Source of the DNA: a virus
Taxonomy: Duplodnaviria > Caudoviricetes
IMG/VR virus record: IMGVR_UViG_3300003320_000620
Coordinates: 1-64,000 of that record
DNA: 64,000 nt
Direction: 5' to 3' (one strand)
Shown: piece by piece, positions 37,060-47,800 of the stretch
How the letters are laid out: every line of letters starts with the position of its first letter
Numbering within the stretch: position 1 is the first letter of the stretch
The notes under the pieces: generated by a model
The model's input: only the letters and a program-made list of their open reading frames with translations
The model's database searches: none
What the model was told of the DNA's origin: nothing
Position numbers and translations under genes: made by a program

Positions 37060-37322
37060 TGGCCAAGAAAAAAGCCCTTTACAGCCAAACGCCAGCTGTG
37101 CCTGCAAAGAAAATAGCAGGCACAAATCCTGTTGGCTTAGTCCTGATTGGGCTTCATGGCCCCGGTATGGTTCCTGAGAAGGGCGGCATGACTAGGGGGC
37201 TGGTACCAAAGAACAAGTTCCACCAGCCTAAGCCACATGGTTTCAACCATAGTATAAGACAACGCAGTGGCCATCTACGATTGTCCGGTCATGAAGGGGC
37301 GCATAGGGTTGGCAAGAAATGA
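37059..37322 (+). CDS. Small basic Gly/His/Lys-rich protein
   Basis: C-terminus LRLSGHEGAHRVGKK. Confidence 0.65.
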   Translation: MAKKKALYSQTPAVPAKKIAGTNPVGLVLIGLHGPGMVPEKGGMTRGLVPKNKFHQPKPHGFNHSIRQRSGHLRLSGHEGAHRVGKK

Positions 37323-37951
37323 AACTAAAGCTACCTCAAGCTTTTAGGTCCAAGCTTGCTGTAAACCCTAGGATGTATGTGAAGGGGAAGCACAAAGGCG
37401 GCTCCAATTTTGTACCAGGGAACCAACTTTCCACAATTGAAAACCTTTCAGCAGAGGCACATGCAGCCAAAATGTCCGCGATGTATCAAGGATGGAAAAC
37501 TAGAGTGCAAAAATCCAAAGGCATAAAGGTACTCTCTGTGGAACAGAAGAAAAAGCGCGAGATGCGCAAACGTGTTAAGCTGCAGGAGACTGTTGCCCGC
37601 GAGGCACGTGAAATTCAGGATATGGCTAGGATGGCAGCTGAAGAGGCAATGCTCTGCCTTCAGGCCATTATGCTGAGCCCTGATACGCGGCCTAGTGACA
37701 AGATATCAGCCATCAACACGATCCTTGATCGGGCCTACGGCAAGGCTACTCAGACTAACGTCAACGCAAACGTAGACGCTAATGGCAAAGAAGCAGACAT
37801 CAGCGCAGCTGAACTCCAGAGAAGAGTTGAGAAGGCTCTCAATAGAATTGAGACAATTGCAGGGGGAGATGGAGAAGCGCGAGCGAGCCAAGACAGACCT
37901 CCTGACGTACGCGAGTACGATAGAGATCCCAACAGCTCCACAAAGCACTGA
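37319..37951 (+). CDS. terS: Terminase small subunit (probable)
   Basis: Immediately upstream of TerL; DKISAINTILDRAYGKATQ motif. Confidence 0.65.
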   Translation: MKLKLPQAFRSKLAVNPRMYVKGKHKGGSNFVPGNQLSTIENLSAEAHAAKMSAMYQGWKTRVQKSKGIKVLSVEQKKKREMRKRVKLQETVAREAREIQDMARMAAEEAMLCLQAIMLSPDTRPSDKISAINTILDRAYGKATQTNVNANVDANGKEADISAAELQRRVEKALNRIETIAGGDGEARASQDRPPDVREYDRDPNSSTKH

Positions 37952-39431
37952 TTCTGACGAGGAACGCGAAGAGTTTATTCCTCTAACCACGAATTTTGGG
38001 GCACACCACTTGCTATGGCTCAATTGCTTGCAGCAGGTGGAAGACGGTAAGATAAAACGTCTTATGGGCTTCATGCCGCCAGGATCGGCCAAATCAACCT
38101 ATACGTCAGTTGTATTTCCAACACACTTTTTAGGCAGGTTCCGTAGAAGCCAAATAATTTTGGCTTGTTACGACAGTGACCTGCCTAGGAAGCTAGGCCG
38201 TCGAGCTAGGTCCATAATCACTCAACCAAAGTTTAAGCGTATCTTTGATTGCACAATTTCGCCAGAATCCGCAGCAGCAGACGAATGGGCATTGACAAAT
38301 GGTAGTGAGTGGATGGCAAAAGGCATCACTACCGGCATTTCAGGTAACCGCGCAGACGGCATAATTTGGGACGATCCAATAAAGAACCGTGAAGCTGCTG
38401 ACTCCGAAGTCATCAGGGAAAAAACCTGGAGTGAGTATCAAGATGCTCTCCTTACCCGTAAAAAGCCACAGGCTTTTGAGGTGGGAATAACTACAAGATG
38501 GCACGAAGATGACCTTGCAGGCCGAATTTTGCCCCTCAACTATGCTGGTGAATCTGGCTGGATAAAATGCCGTGACGGCAATGATTGGTACGTTGTCTGT
38601 TTGCCTGCAGAATGTGAACGTGAAGATGACATTTTAGGCCGAGAAATCGGCGAAATTCTTTGGCCAGAATGGTTTAGCAAAGATTTTTTTGCTACTTTCA
38701 AGCGTCAAACTAGGACGTGGAACGCACTGTATCAGCAGCGCCCAGCACCAGAAACAGGCGATTTCTTTCAGGCTGACTGGCTTAAGCCCTATCAAAAGAT
38801 GCCAGACAGGCGTACCCTTAACATTTATGGCGCTAGCGACTACGCGGTGACCCAAGATGAGGGTAACTATACCGTCCACATTGTTGTGGGCGTTGATCCT
38901 GCTCACCGTGTCTACCTCCTTGATCTTTGGCGCAGTCAAGCTAGCCCAGATAAGTGGATTGAAGCCTTTTGCGACATGGTGGCCTTCTGGCGGCCAATCG
39001 GCTGGGCTGAAGAAACAGGGCAAATCAAAGCCAGTATTGGGCCATTCCTTGAGAAACGGCTACGCGAACGTCAGCTTTACATCGCAAGGGCTAAATTCCC
39101 AACAAAGGGCGACAAGGCAGTCAGGGCACAGTCTATAAGGGGTAGGATGGCTCAGGACGGCCTATACGTTCCAATTCACGCCCCATGGTTTCCTGACTTT
39201 AAACGTGAATTGATGACCTTTCCAGCAGCCCGCAACGACGACCAGGTTGACTGTTTGGGTTTGATAGGTCAAATTCTTGACAAGATGATCTCAGGAAGAG
39301 CCATAGACCCTGAATCTTTACGGCCGAAAGTATTTTCTACTAACCCAGAGGAGTGTACAGTTACCCTTTTGGACATGTTTGAGGCGAACGAACAGCGGGT
39401 TAACGTGCGTAGCAACTTAAGGATACATTAA
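37782..39431 (+). CDS. terL: Terminase large subunit (start may be MEKRER near 37870)
   Basis: MPPGSAKST (Walker A), GIIWDDP (Walker B), TTRWHEDDL, ASDYA nuclease Asp and RNDDQVD. Confidence 0.95.
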   Translation: MAKKQTSAQLNSREELRRLSIELRQLQGEMEKRERAKTDLLTYASTIEIPTAPQSTDSDEEREEFIPLTTNFGAHHLLWLNCLQQVEDGKIKRLMGFMPPGSAKSTYTSVVFPTHFLGRFRRSQIILACYDSDLPRKLGRRARSIITQPKFKRIFDCTISPESAAADEWALTNGSEWMAKGITTGISGNRADGIIWDDPIKNREAADSEVIREKTWSEYQDALLTRKKPQAFEVGITTRWHEDDLAGRILPLNYAGESGWIKCRDGNDWYVVCLPAECEREDDILGREIGEILWPEWFSKDFFATFKRQTRTWNALYQQRPAPETGDFFQADWLKPYQKMPDRRTLNIYGASDYAVTQDEGNYTVHIVVGVDPAHRVYLLDLWRSQASPDKWIEAFCDMVAFWRPIGWAEETGQIKASIGPFLEKRLRERQLYIARAKFPTKGDKAVRAQSIRGRMAQDGLYVPIHAPWFPDFKRELMTFPAARNDDQVDCLGLIGQILDKMISGRAIDPESLRPKVFSTNPEECTVTLLDMFEANEQRVNVRSNLRIH

Positions 39432-40250
39432 ATGCGTGTGTTAGTTACTGGCGGAACTGGAACTATTGGATCAGCCATTGTTAAGCATTTAATTTCAAAA
39501 CAACACGAAGTAGTTATTCTAAGCCGTGATGAATATAAGCAGCATAGGCTTAGGCAAGAAATAGGTGATAGTACCAAATTTATACTGGGCGATATCAGAT
39601 CTTACGACACTCTATTAGACGCAATGGCTGGAGTAGATAAGTGCTTTCACGTAGCAGCCATGAAGCATGTTTCCCTTTGTGAAGAAAATCCCTATGAAGC
39701 GGTCCAAACCAACGTGATTGGAACTAAAAACGTAATAAGGACAGCAAAAGAACGATTGGTGTCAAAGGTGTTGGCAATATCTACAGATAAGGCAGTCAAC
39801 CCCATTTCAGTCCTTGGTGGAACCAAGTTTATTATGGAGAAATTGCTTAAGGCTGAAAAAAACGAACCACCATTCGTAACCAAATTTGCATCAATCCGCT
39901 TTGGTAATATTTTTGATTCGCGTGGATCAGTTTTTGATGTTTGGAAACGCCAAGCGGCATTGGGTGAACCGATAACAATAACTGATTCTAGAGCTACAAG
40001 ATATTTCATATCAATAGATAAGGCTGTGTTTGCTGCCTATAAAGCGATGCTTGCTTTTCAGGGTGGGGAAACCTTTATTGTTGATTGTGGTGATCCAGTT
40101 AACATCTCTGGTTTGGCTCATAAGCTTTATCCTGAAGAAGGAAGGACATTTGTTTATTCTGGGTTAAAAGCAGGCGAGCGTCTTCATGAAGAATTATTTT
40201 CTTCAAACGAAACACCAGAATTTGGCCCCGAAGGGTTGATGGTAGTCTAA
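39432..40250 (+). CDS. NDP-GlcNAc 4,6-dehydratase (PglF/PseB/LegB-like, Polysacc_synt_2 type)
   Basis: TGGTGTIG, SRDEYKQ, AAMKHV..CEENP.EAV.TNVIGT, STDKAVNP..LGGTK and RFGNI.DSRGSV. Confidence 0.9.
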   Translation: MRVLVTGGTGTIGSAIVKHLISKQHEVVILSRDEYKQHRLRQEIGDSTKFILGDIRSYDTLLDAMAGVDKCFHVAAMKHVSLCEENPYEAVQTNVIGTKNVIRTAKERLVSKVLAISTDKAVNPISVLGGTKFIMEKLLKAEKNEPPFVTKFASIRFGNIFDSRGSVFDVWKRQAALGEPITITDSRATRYFISIDKAVFAAYKAMLAFQGGETFIVDCGDPVNISGLAHKLYPEEGRTFVYSGLKAGERLHEELFSSNETPEFGPEGLMVV

Positions 40251-42978
40251 ATGGCCATTGAACTTGACGAGCTGGCAGGCCCAGACGGTGGTGAAGAGAG
40301 CAGGAAGCTAGCCAAGCACTGGATAGAACAGTTGTCCATGATTAAGGACAATGGCGACAATAAACGTTGGGTTAAACGTGGTGAGGATATTGAAAAGCGT
40401 TATAGGGACGAACGCAGTCGCAGTGACGAGCAAGGTCAGCGCCGCTACAACGCCCTATGGTCCAATGTTCAGATCCTTAAGCCCGCCTTGTTTGGCAAGG
40501 TGCCAATCCCAATTTGTGAGCGGCGTTTCAAAGACAAAGACCCGGTTGGCCGGGGCGCTGCTCAAATGCTTGAGCGTGCTCTAAGGAATGAGATAGAAGT
40601 TTGTGGCTTTGGGGACTCACTAAGCAGGGCCGTTGATGACTATCTTCTTCCTGGTCGTGGTGTGGTTTGGGTACGCTATGAGCCTGAATTTTCAGAAAGT
40701 ATTTCACTTCCTGTTGAGCAGGAAACTGATATTGACGCCAAAATAGGCCAAAGAGCCGTTGGCAAAAATGATGACGATGAAGATCATGATGACGGTCCTG
40801 CATCTGAGGAAGGAAAGCAAGAAGATTACAATGAAGAGGGTGAGGCTCATGAGCCACATGAACAAGCTAATGAAGAAAAGCTTCAAAGTACAGGCGATAG
40901 AATTATCAGGGAATCTACCCCTGTAGATTACATTCCCTGGAAAGACTTCATAACCTTTCCGGCTCAAGCGCGAACATGGCCTGAAGTTACCGCTATTGGC
41001 AAGCGCGTTTACATGTCGCGCAGCCAAATGAAGAAACGGTTTGGAAAGAGGATCGGCAGTGCTATTCCCTTACAGCGTGACGACCGTGGTCCTAAAACCC
41101 AAAACGCAAGCGTTGTCGTATCATCAGACCAAGACAAAGGTATCATCTACGAAATATGGTCGATTGACCACATGGCGGTTTTTTGGGTGGCTGAGGGCTA
41201 TGATTATCTTTGTGATCGCAAAGACGACCCACTAGAATTGGAAAACTTTTGGCCAGTTCCACGACCACTCTTCGCTAATTCCACCAACAACACTTTGATA
41301 CCAGTCCCTGACTATATTCAGTATCAGGATCAGGCAATTCAGATTGATGAATTAACGCAACGCATTGCTATGCTGGCAAAGGCTTGTAAGGTTGCTGGTG
41401 TCTATAATGCCGCAGCCAAAGAAATTAAGCGCGTCTTTAACGAATCCTTAGAGAACGAACTCATACCAGTTGACGATTGGGCTGCTTTTGCTCAAGAGGG
41501 TCAAGGTGTGGCTGGAAATATCAGCCTAATGCCCATCAAGGATATTATGGGTGTTCTAAATGAGCTTATTACAGTTAGGAAGTTGGCTATTGAAGATATG
41601 GATCGTCTTACTGGTATCAACGATATTATGCGTGGCACTAGTGACGCGCGTGAAACTTTGGGTGGGGTGCGACTTAAACAAAATTCAACAGGCACTAGAA
41701 TTACTGCACGACAAAATGAAGTAGCTAGGTTTGCTAGAGACATAGTTCGTATTATGGCGGACATCATGTGTCGTCATTTCAGTCCTCAATCGCTAATTGA
41801 GGCCTCAGGTGCCCTTTACGAAGAAGGGCTTGGGCCTGAAGATATGCCTGATTTGACAGAATTGCAGCCGCCAGAACAGCAGCAAATGCCGCCACAGGGA
41901 CAGAAACCGCTTGGTCTTCTGTCATCACAGGCTCAGCCAAATGTTTCCTCAGCCCCAGCCGGTTCCTAATCAGGGGCCAATGCCCCCTCAAATGCCGCCG
42001 TCTGGCCCTCCACAGGGGATGCAGCCGCCAATGGGCGGGCAGCAGCCTCTAAATGGCCAGATTTTGCCACCTCAGCAGCAGATGCCGCCTGAGATTATGG
42101 CAAAAATGAAGGCCTTTGAGCGGATTGGCAACGCTATAGAACTACTTAGAGATGAAAAACTTCGCGGATTTCGCGTAGATATTGAAGTAGATTCTACAAT
42201 TTTCCCAGATGCGGCCCAAGAGAAGGCAGATAGGACAGAATTTATCACTGCTACAACCAAATTTCTTGAGACTGCAATGCAGATGGGCTCAGTAATGCCC
42301 GAATCTATCCCACTTTTGGGCAAAATGCTGCAATTTGGCGTTAGGGGCTACCGTGTAGGCCGTGATCTTGAGGCTTCAATTGAAGAATTCACTGATGAAG
42401 CCATAAGAGCAGCCAAAAAGAAGCAAGAAAACGCTGCAACTGCCCAGAATCCGGACATGATTAAGGCTCAGGCCGATGCAAAGAAGGCCGAAAGCCAATC
42501 TCAGGTTGCTCAGATCAAGGCACAGGCCGATATTGAGAAGATTAAGGCTGATCGTGAGAACCAGCAGCAAGAATCGGCTGCTGAAGTTGAACGACAACGC
42601 CTAGAAAATGAGGGTGAGAAGCAAAACGCCCAAATGGAATATATGTCTAAACAAATTGACATACAAATGAAAATGATGGAGAAGCAACTTCTTGAAATGA
42701 AGATGCAGATGGAAATGTTTAAGGCTCAGCATCAGACCAGACAGGGTCAACAGGAGATTGAGCAGCAAGACCGTGCTATGGCGCATGACGAACAAATGCA
42801 GCAGCAGCAAGCTGTGCAGCAGGAACGTCAATCTCAGCGTGACGCTCAAATGCAGGACCGACAGATGGCTATGCAGGAGCGTGATGCTATGTTCCAGGAG
42901 CGTCAGGCAAACCAAAAGATGCAGCAACAGGCTATGAAGCCCGTCCATTCCCCTAAACCAAACCCCATACAGCAGTAG
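40251..42978 (+). CDS. Portal protein, split by a +1 frameshift near 41940-41969
   Basis: ORF 40251..41969 is portal-like (GINDIMRG, RETLGG). The homology-type tail (ELLRDEKLRGFRVDIEVDSTI) continues in the +1 frame, 41911..42978. Confidence 0.85.
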
Positions 42979-42983
42979 CGTTC

Positions 42984-43295
42984 ATGTCAACTTATGTCTT
43001 ACGCAACGGTCGGCTTGTAAACAAAGAGCGAGCTCCACCTTTAATTGAAAGATTTGGCGACGCCCCTTATGTTGTCAGCGATTGCATGCCAGAAACAAGG
43101 CATATGGTGGATGGAAATTACTACACATCAAAAGCCAAGTTCCGTGAGGTAACTAGGGCAAATGGATGTGAAGAAGTAGGAACAGAAACAGCCTATATGC
43201 TGAAGCCACGGCAGAAAGTAAAGCTAGATCGTGGCAAAAGACGCGAAGACATAAAGAAAGCTATCTACACTCTCAGAAATGGTAAGCGGAGATAA
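42984..43295 (+). CDS. Hypothetical head-module protein
   Basis: DGNYYTSKAKFRE..RANGCEEVG pattern, located between portal and scaffold. Confidence 0.75.
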   Translation: MSTYVLRNGRLVNKERAPPLIERFGDAPYVVSDCMPETRHMVDGNYYTSKAKFREVTRANGCEEVGTETAYMLKPRQKVKLDRGKRREDIKKAIYTLRNGKRR

Positions 43296-43297
43296 GT

Positions 43298-44506
43298 ATG
43301 TTGTTTGTGGACAAGTATAAGCCGTATTTCAGCCCCGACATGGAGGTTGGAGCTGAGCAAGATGTAGGGTTGCCAGAAGGCGCTATTGCTGAAAATATTC
43401 AGGAACAAGGCATTCCAGAACCTGCTGATGGCCCTGGCAGTGGTCGTAGCAAGCTTCGTAAGCAGCTAGAAACCAGCGTTGCTGAAGTAAACAAGCGAAC
43501 TCAAGAGAAGCCTGCGAAATATGTAAGCCGAGCACGTCAGGAGGGGACAGCTGCGCCGGAGGCTGAGGAAGAGCCAGAAGCCGAACAGGAAGGTCAGGAG
43601 CAGGAAGCGAAACCTGCTACAAACCCACCCGAGGCATGGGCAAAAGAGGCAAAAGCTGAATGGGCAAAAGTCCCTACAAATGCCCAAGCAGCCATTCTCA
43701 AGCGTGAAGAGGATGTGGCTAAGGGCGTGCACGCCCTTCAGTCGTATTACAGGGATCTGGAAGAAGTACTGTCACCCCGCTACGAACTTTTTAAGCAGTA
43801 CAACAAGACGCCTGCGCAGGCTGTAAATCAGCTGTTTGGCTGGTTCGATGCCTTAGGCGGCAACCCAGACCAAGCCTTCCCTGCGTTGATGAGGACGTTT
43901 AACTACGACCCAAGGCGTTTGATCCCATTTATCAACCAGCTGGGTGGACAGCAGCAACAGCAGCAGCCCGAAGGTGAGCAAGAAGTACCGCCTGCCTACC
44001 TACAATACATCAACCAGCTGGAACAGCGCGTTGCTGGCCTGACCGATGCTGTCTCAAAGAAAATAGGCGGCCTCGAAAATATGTTTGCTCAGCAGAATCA
44101 GGCCAGGGTTCAGGAGACTCTAGATGTGTGGTCAGCCAATAAGCCACACTTTGAAAAAGTTCGTGTTATGATGGGCCATCTGCTGGAGTCTGGTCAGGTG
44201 CCACCACTGCCAAATGGCGCTGCTGATCTAGACAAGGCATATGATATGGCTTTGTGGGCGCTTCCTGAAGTCAGACAGCAAGTAATGGCTGACATAGAGG
44301 CTAAGCGTGCAGCCGAACTGAAGGCTAAGCAGGATGCTGAGCGTAAAGCACAGAAAGAAGCTGCTGACAAAGCCCGCCGCGCCTCCGGTGGCCTTGGTCC
44401 TAGCGCCCCAGGCTCCCCAGTTAATCCAAACCAGTCACGCAGGCCACAGCGAAAGAGCGTTCGCGAATCCTTAGCTGATGCCATCGCAGAGGTGCGCGGC
44501 GAATAA
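43298..44506 (+). CDS. Capsid scaffolding protein (probable)
   Basis: Position before the capsid gene, acidic N-terminus, PPEAWAKEAKAEW motif, coiled coils, C-terminal SVRESLADAI. Confidence 0.8.
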   Translation: MLFVDKYKPYFSPDMEVGAEQDVGLPEGAIAENIQEQGIPEPADGPGSGRSKLRKQLETSVAEVNKRTQEKPAKYVSRARQEGTAAPEAEEEPEAEQEGQEQEAKPATNPPEAWAKEAKAEWAKVPTNAQAAILKREEDVAKGVHALQSYYRDLEEVLSPRYELFKQYNKTPAQAVNQLFGWFDALGGNPDQAFPALMRTFNYDPRRLIPFINQLGGQQQQQQPEGEQEVPPAYLQYINQLEQRVAGLTDAVSKKIGGLENMFAQQNQARVQETLDVWSANKPHFEKVRVMMGHLLESGQVPPLPNGAADLDKAYDMALWALPEVRQQVMADIEAKRAAELKAKQDAERKAQKEAADKARRASGGLGPSAPGSPVNPNQSRRPQRKSVRESLADAIAEVRGE

Positions 44507-44716
44507 ATGAATGTCTTCAGGACAGCCATAAAACTTAAATGCAAAAGGGAACTGGCTCTAATGCTTGGGGCCTACAAGCCTCATCTTCTAGAGCCGCGTT
44601 CCTATTGCATTCACGTTAAGACTGAGCTAGACAGAATTAAAGGAACACTGATCTGGCCCATAGTCAGTGATGGAACAGTTTCAGTTACGTCCAAAGGAAT
44701 AAAGATAACCTCATAG
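44507..44716 (+). CDS. Small hypothetical protein
   Basis: 69 aa, coupled to the scaffold stop. Confidence 0.45.
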   Translation: MNVFRTAIKLKCKRELALMLGAYKPHLLEPRSYCIHVKTELDRIKGTLIWPIVSDGTVSVTSKGIKITS

Positions 44717-44870
44717 CAGTTCGTGAGGACCCTCACAGGGGTAAAGGAACTGCAGCGTGGCAATGTCACTTACGACGTGTCAGTAGCTGTGGCCAGAACA
44801 AGTGTGCCAAGCGAACCACACAAAGGGTGGTGCTACTCCAAACCGGGCTAGGAAACCGAAAGGAGTAACC

Positions 44871-47800
44871 ATGGCTTTTCCTAACCTATCAGAAATCGTT
44901 ACGACTACGCTGCGAAATCGCACAGGCGAGCTCGCAGATAATATGAGCCGTAACAACGCTGCGTTGCTTAGGCTTACTAAACGTGGTAGAAGTTGTACCT
45001 AAGGTTGCCACGTAACCCAGTGAATTCGGTGAAGGCTGAGATGCTAATACCGAGCCAAGATGCAAACGTATAGTGATTACAGTCACTAAAGGGTTGCATA
45101 AGGTGTAGAGACTAGGTAGCCCCGAAAGGGTGTTACCCACGAGCGCTGGGTGTTAGTATGGATGAAGTTCCTGGTATCTATGTTATAGAGTGTGTGCCAA
45201 CAGGTAGAGTTTATGTTGGATCTTCAGTAAAGCCACTGGCTAGAATCAAGTCTCACAAAAACTTGCTTAGCAAAGGTACCCATCGTAATGTTCATCTCCA
45301 AAGGGCTTGGGGTTTGCATGGCTCTAATTCCTTTACTTTCACGGTGGTACAACAGTGTGTTGCTGAAGAGCGCTTCAAAGTAGAACAGGAATGGATAACG
45401 AAGCTTCAAGCTACTGGTAAAAATGGGTTTAATATAGCGTTCCCTGTTGAACAAGTTCTGCCAAGTGAAAGGATGTCACAGGTAAGCCGTACTTCCTGGA
45501 AGGACAAGAAAACCAGAAAGAATAGGCATGCAGGCATACTTACAAAATGGCAAGACGATGCCTTTAGGGAAAGAAAGCTGCGCGATGGCCTAAAGGCTAG
45601 AGAAGCTTTAGCTAAAAAGCGGTTAGACCCAGAATGGCGTGCTCGGATTAGTGAAAAGACAAGTAAAACTATGAAGGAGCGTGCCAAGACTGAAGAAGGA
45701 TTAAAAGCTTTGCGTGTTGCAAGTAAGATTGCTCATATGCGCAGAGAAAATGATCCTGAATTCAAAGCAAAATGTGAAGCAGGCTTGAAGTATTCGAGTA
45801 CTAACAAAGAGATAGTCCGACCAGCAGCAAATAAAGAAGCTGCTGAAGTGATGGATAAAGAGCCGTCACGGTAACAACTAAGAACCTAAAGACGTTCTCA
45901 GGTGGGCGTACGATTGTTCAAGAGCTTGTAATGGGCTCATAGTATAGTAAGAGCTTACGGCTTCAGGATACTATGATATGCTGGTGAATTCGGAGAAAAC
46001 CCAATGCCCGGCCGAAAGGTGCGGAAGGGCAACCCCGAGCCAAGCAGGCAGTTTTATGCTGCCGGGCGTGTGTAACGATCATGAACCAGCCCCGGAAGGG
46101 AAGATATGATCTGTTCTGCATGGGAACATGCAGAGGCTGACAGAAATGATCAGCCCGGCTGTAAGGACAGTCAGTAACAACTAGAAATTATGCGAACAAT
46201 CAAACCTTCCAATGGTATTCAGGATATCAATCCTTGAATATCAGCCCGTCGCAGGTCTTCTCTGCGGCTGAGTACCCGATCCGTCAAGCAGCGGTGGCTG
46301 TCTCTATCTCTGGCCTAGAGGAACTCCAGAACAGTGGAGAGGAAGCCATAATCGACTTGCTGGAGAGTCGGATAATGAATGCGGAAGACACCTTCGATTT
46401 GAGGGCCGCTGCGTAGTTAAAAGGACGCAGATGGAATGCTGGTGAATTCGGTGGAAACCCAATGCCCGGTCTAGAGTTGATGCGGAAGGGTAATACCGAG
46501 CCAAGCAAGGAACTTACAAGTTCCTGGGCGTGTGTAACGAGCATGGACCAGCCCCGGAAGGGAAGATGTGCTCTGATCTGCATGGGAACATGCAGAGGTT
46601 GGCAGAAATGACCAACCCCTTAAGTTGAAACTTAAGAGTAACAAATTGTCATGAACGGTCTTTCGCAAGGGGTGTACGGCGACGGTACTGTGGCCAACTC
46701 AGTCGGCGGCCTCCAGTTGCTTGTTTCCAGCTCCCCGACCTCAGGTGTTGTTGGCGGCATTGACCGCTCGCAGTGGTCTTTCTGGCAGAACCAATCTTGG
46801 TCAGCCAGCACGAACGGCAGCACTACCCTCAGCTCGGCTACCATCATCCAAATGATGGATGCTCTGTGGGTTCAGCTGATCCGCGGCCGTGATTCGCCTG
46901 ATCTGATCATCGCAGACAACGTCTGCTACCGCTACTACCTGAATGCCCTCCAGGCCATTCAGCGCGTTACCCAGACTTCTTCGGCTCCTGATATGGCTGA
47001 GGCTGGCTTCCAGAGCCTCAAGTATATTACGGCCGATGTGGTGCTGGATGGTGGCTTCCAGGGATTCAGCACTGATCCGCTGCCTTCCCAGGTTTCTACT
47101 AGCTCGTCTGCTGTTGGCGGTGCGCCAAGTTCGACGATGTATTTCCTTAACGAGTCGGTGACGATTCACTAACTCATGGGGCTGTTAATCAGTAAGCGGA
47201 GGGTATGATCGTTTCTTGAGAGCTTTACACTTCAAATAAAGCTCTTCTCGATAAGCAAGGATTAAATCTCGGTCCTTGCGGTTGCTACCATCACCTCGAC
47301 CTGGAAAGTTATAGGGGTGTTGGTCAATGTGGTCACGAAGGGCTAGAACTAAATCTACCTCTTCACGTTTTACGATCACATAGGGTTGTATGCGTCGAAG
47401 GAAAGGGGCAACGCCTTGGTTGTGAATGCCCCAACAAAACTGGATACGATTCTTAGGGTTTCGCAAGTCATGTCGGTTTTGGTTCAAATGACCGCCAAAT
47501 TCATCATAAAGCATCTTTATGATGGGATAGTGTGTCATGCCAATTCCAACAGCGGGGTAATAGCCCACATGGCCTTTGCGAACCTTTTTGAAGATTCGAG
47601 CAAAGCCTTCGCCGTCAAACAAGCCAGCAACGTAACGATCATCCAAGACTCAACTCCGTCAGGGGTTAACAGAATGGCAGCGAATTCGGAGAAAACCCGA
47701 TGCCCGGCTCTAAATGAGTGCGGAAGGGCGACCCCGAGCCAAGCAAGCAGAGACAAACTGCTGGGCGTGTGTAACGAACATGTGCTGTCCTCGGAAGAGA

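Noticed and set aside
42700-42978. CAG/ATG-rich repeats at the portal 3' end as a separate repeat element
   Set aside because: Explained by the Gln/Met-rich low-complexity tail of the protein.
45927-45929. Alternative 5' splice site for intron 2 after CTT or CTTGT
   Set aside because: After CTT the intron would not end in G. After CTTGT an extra Val is added and the P1 pairing is lost. The boundary should still be confirmed by RT-PCR.
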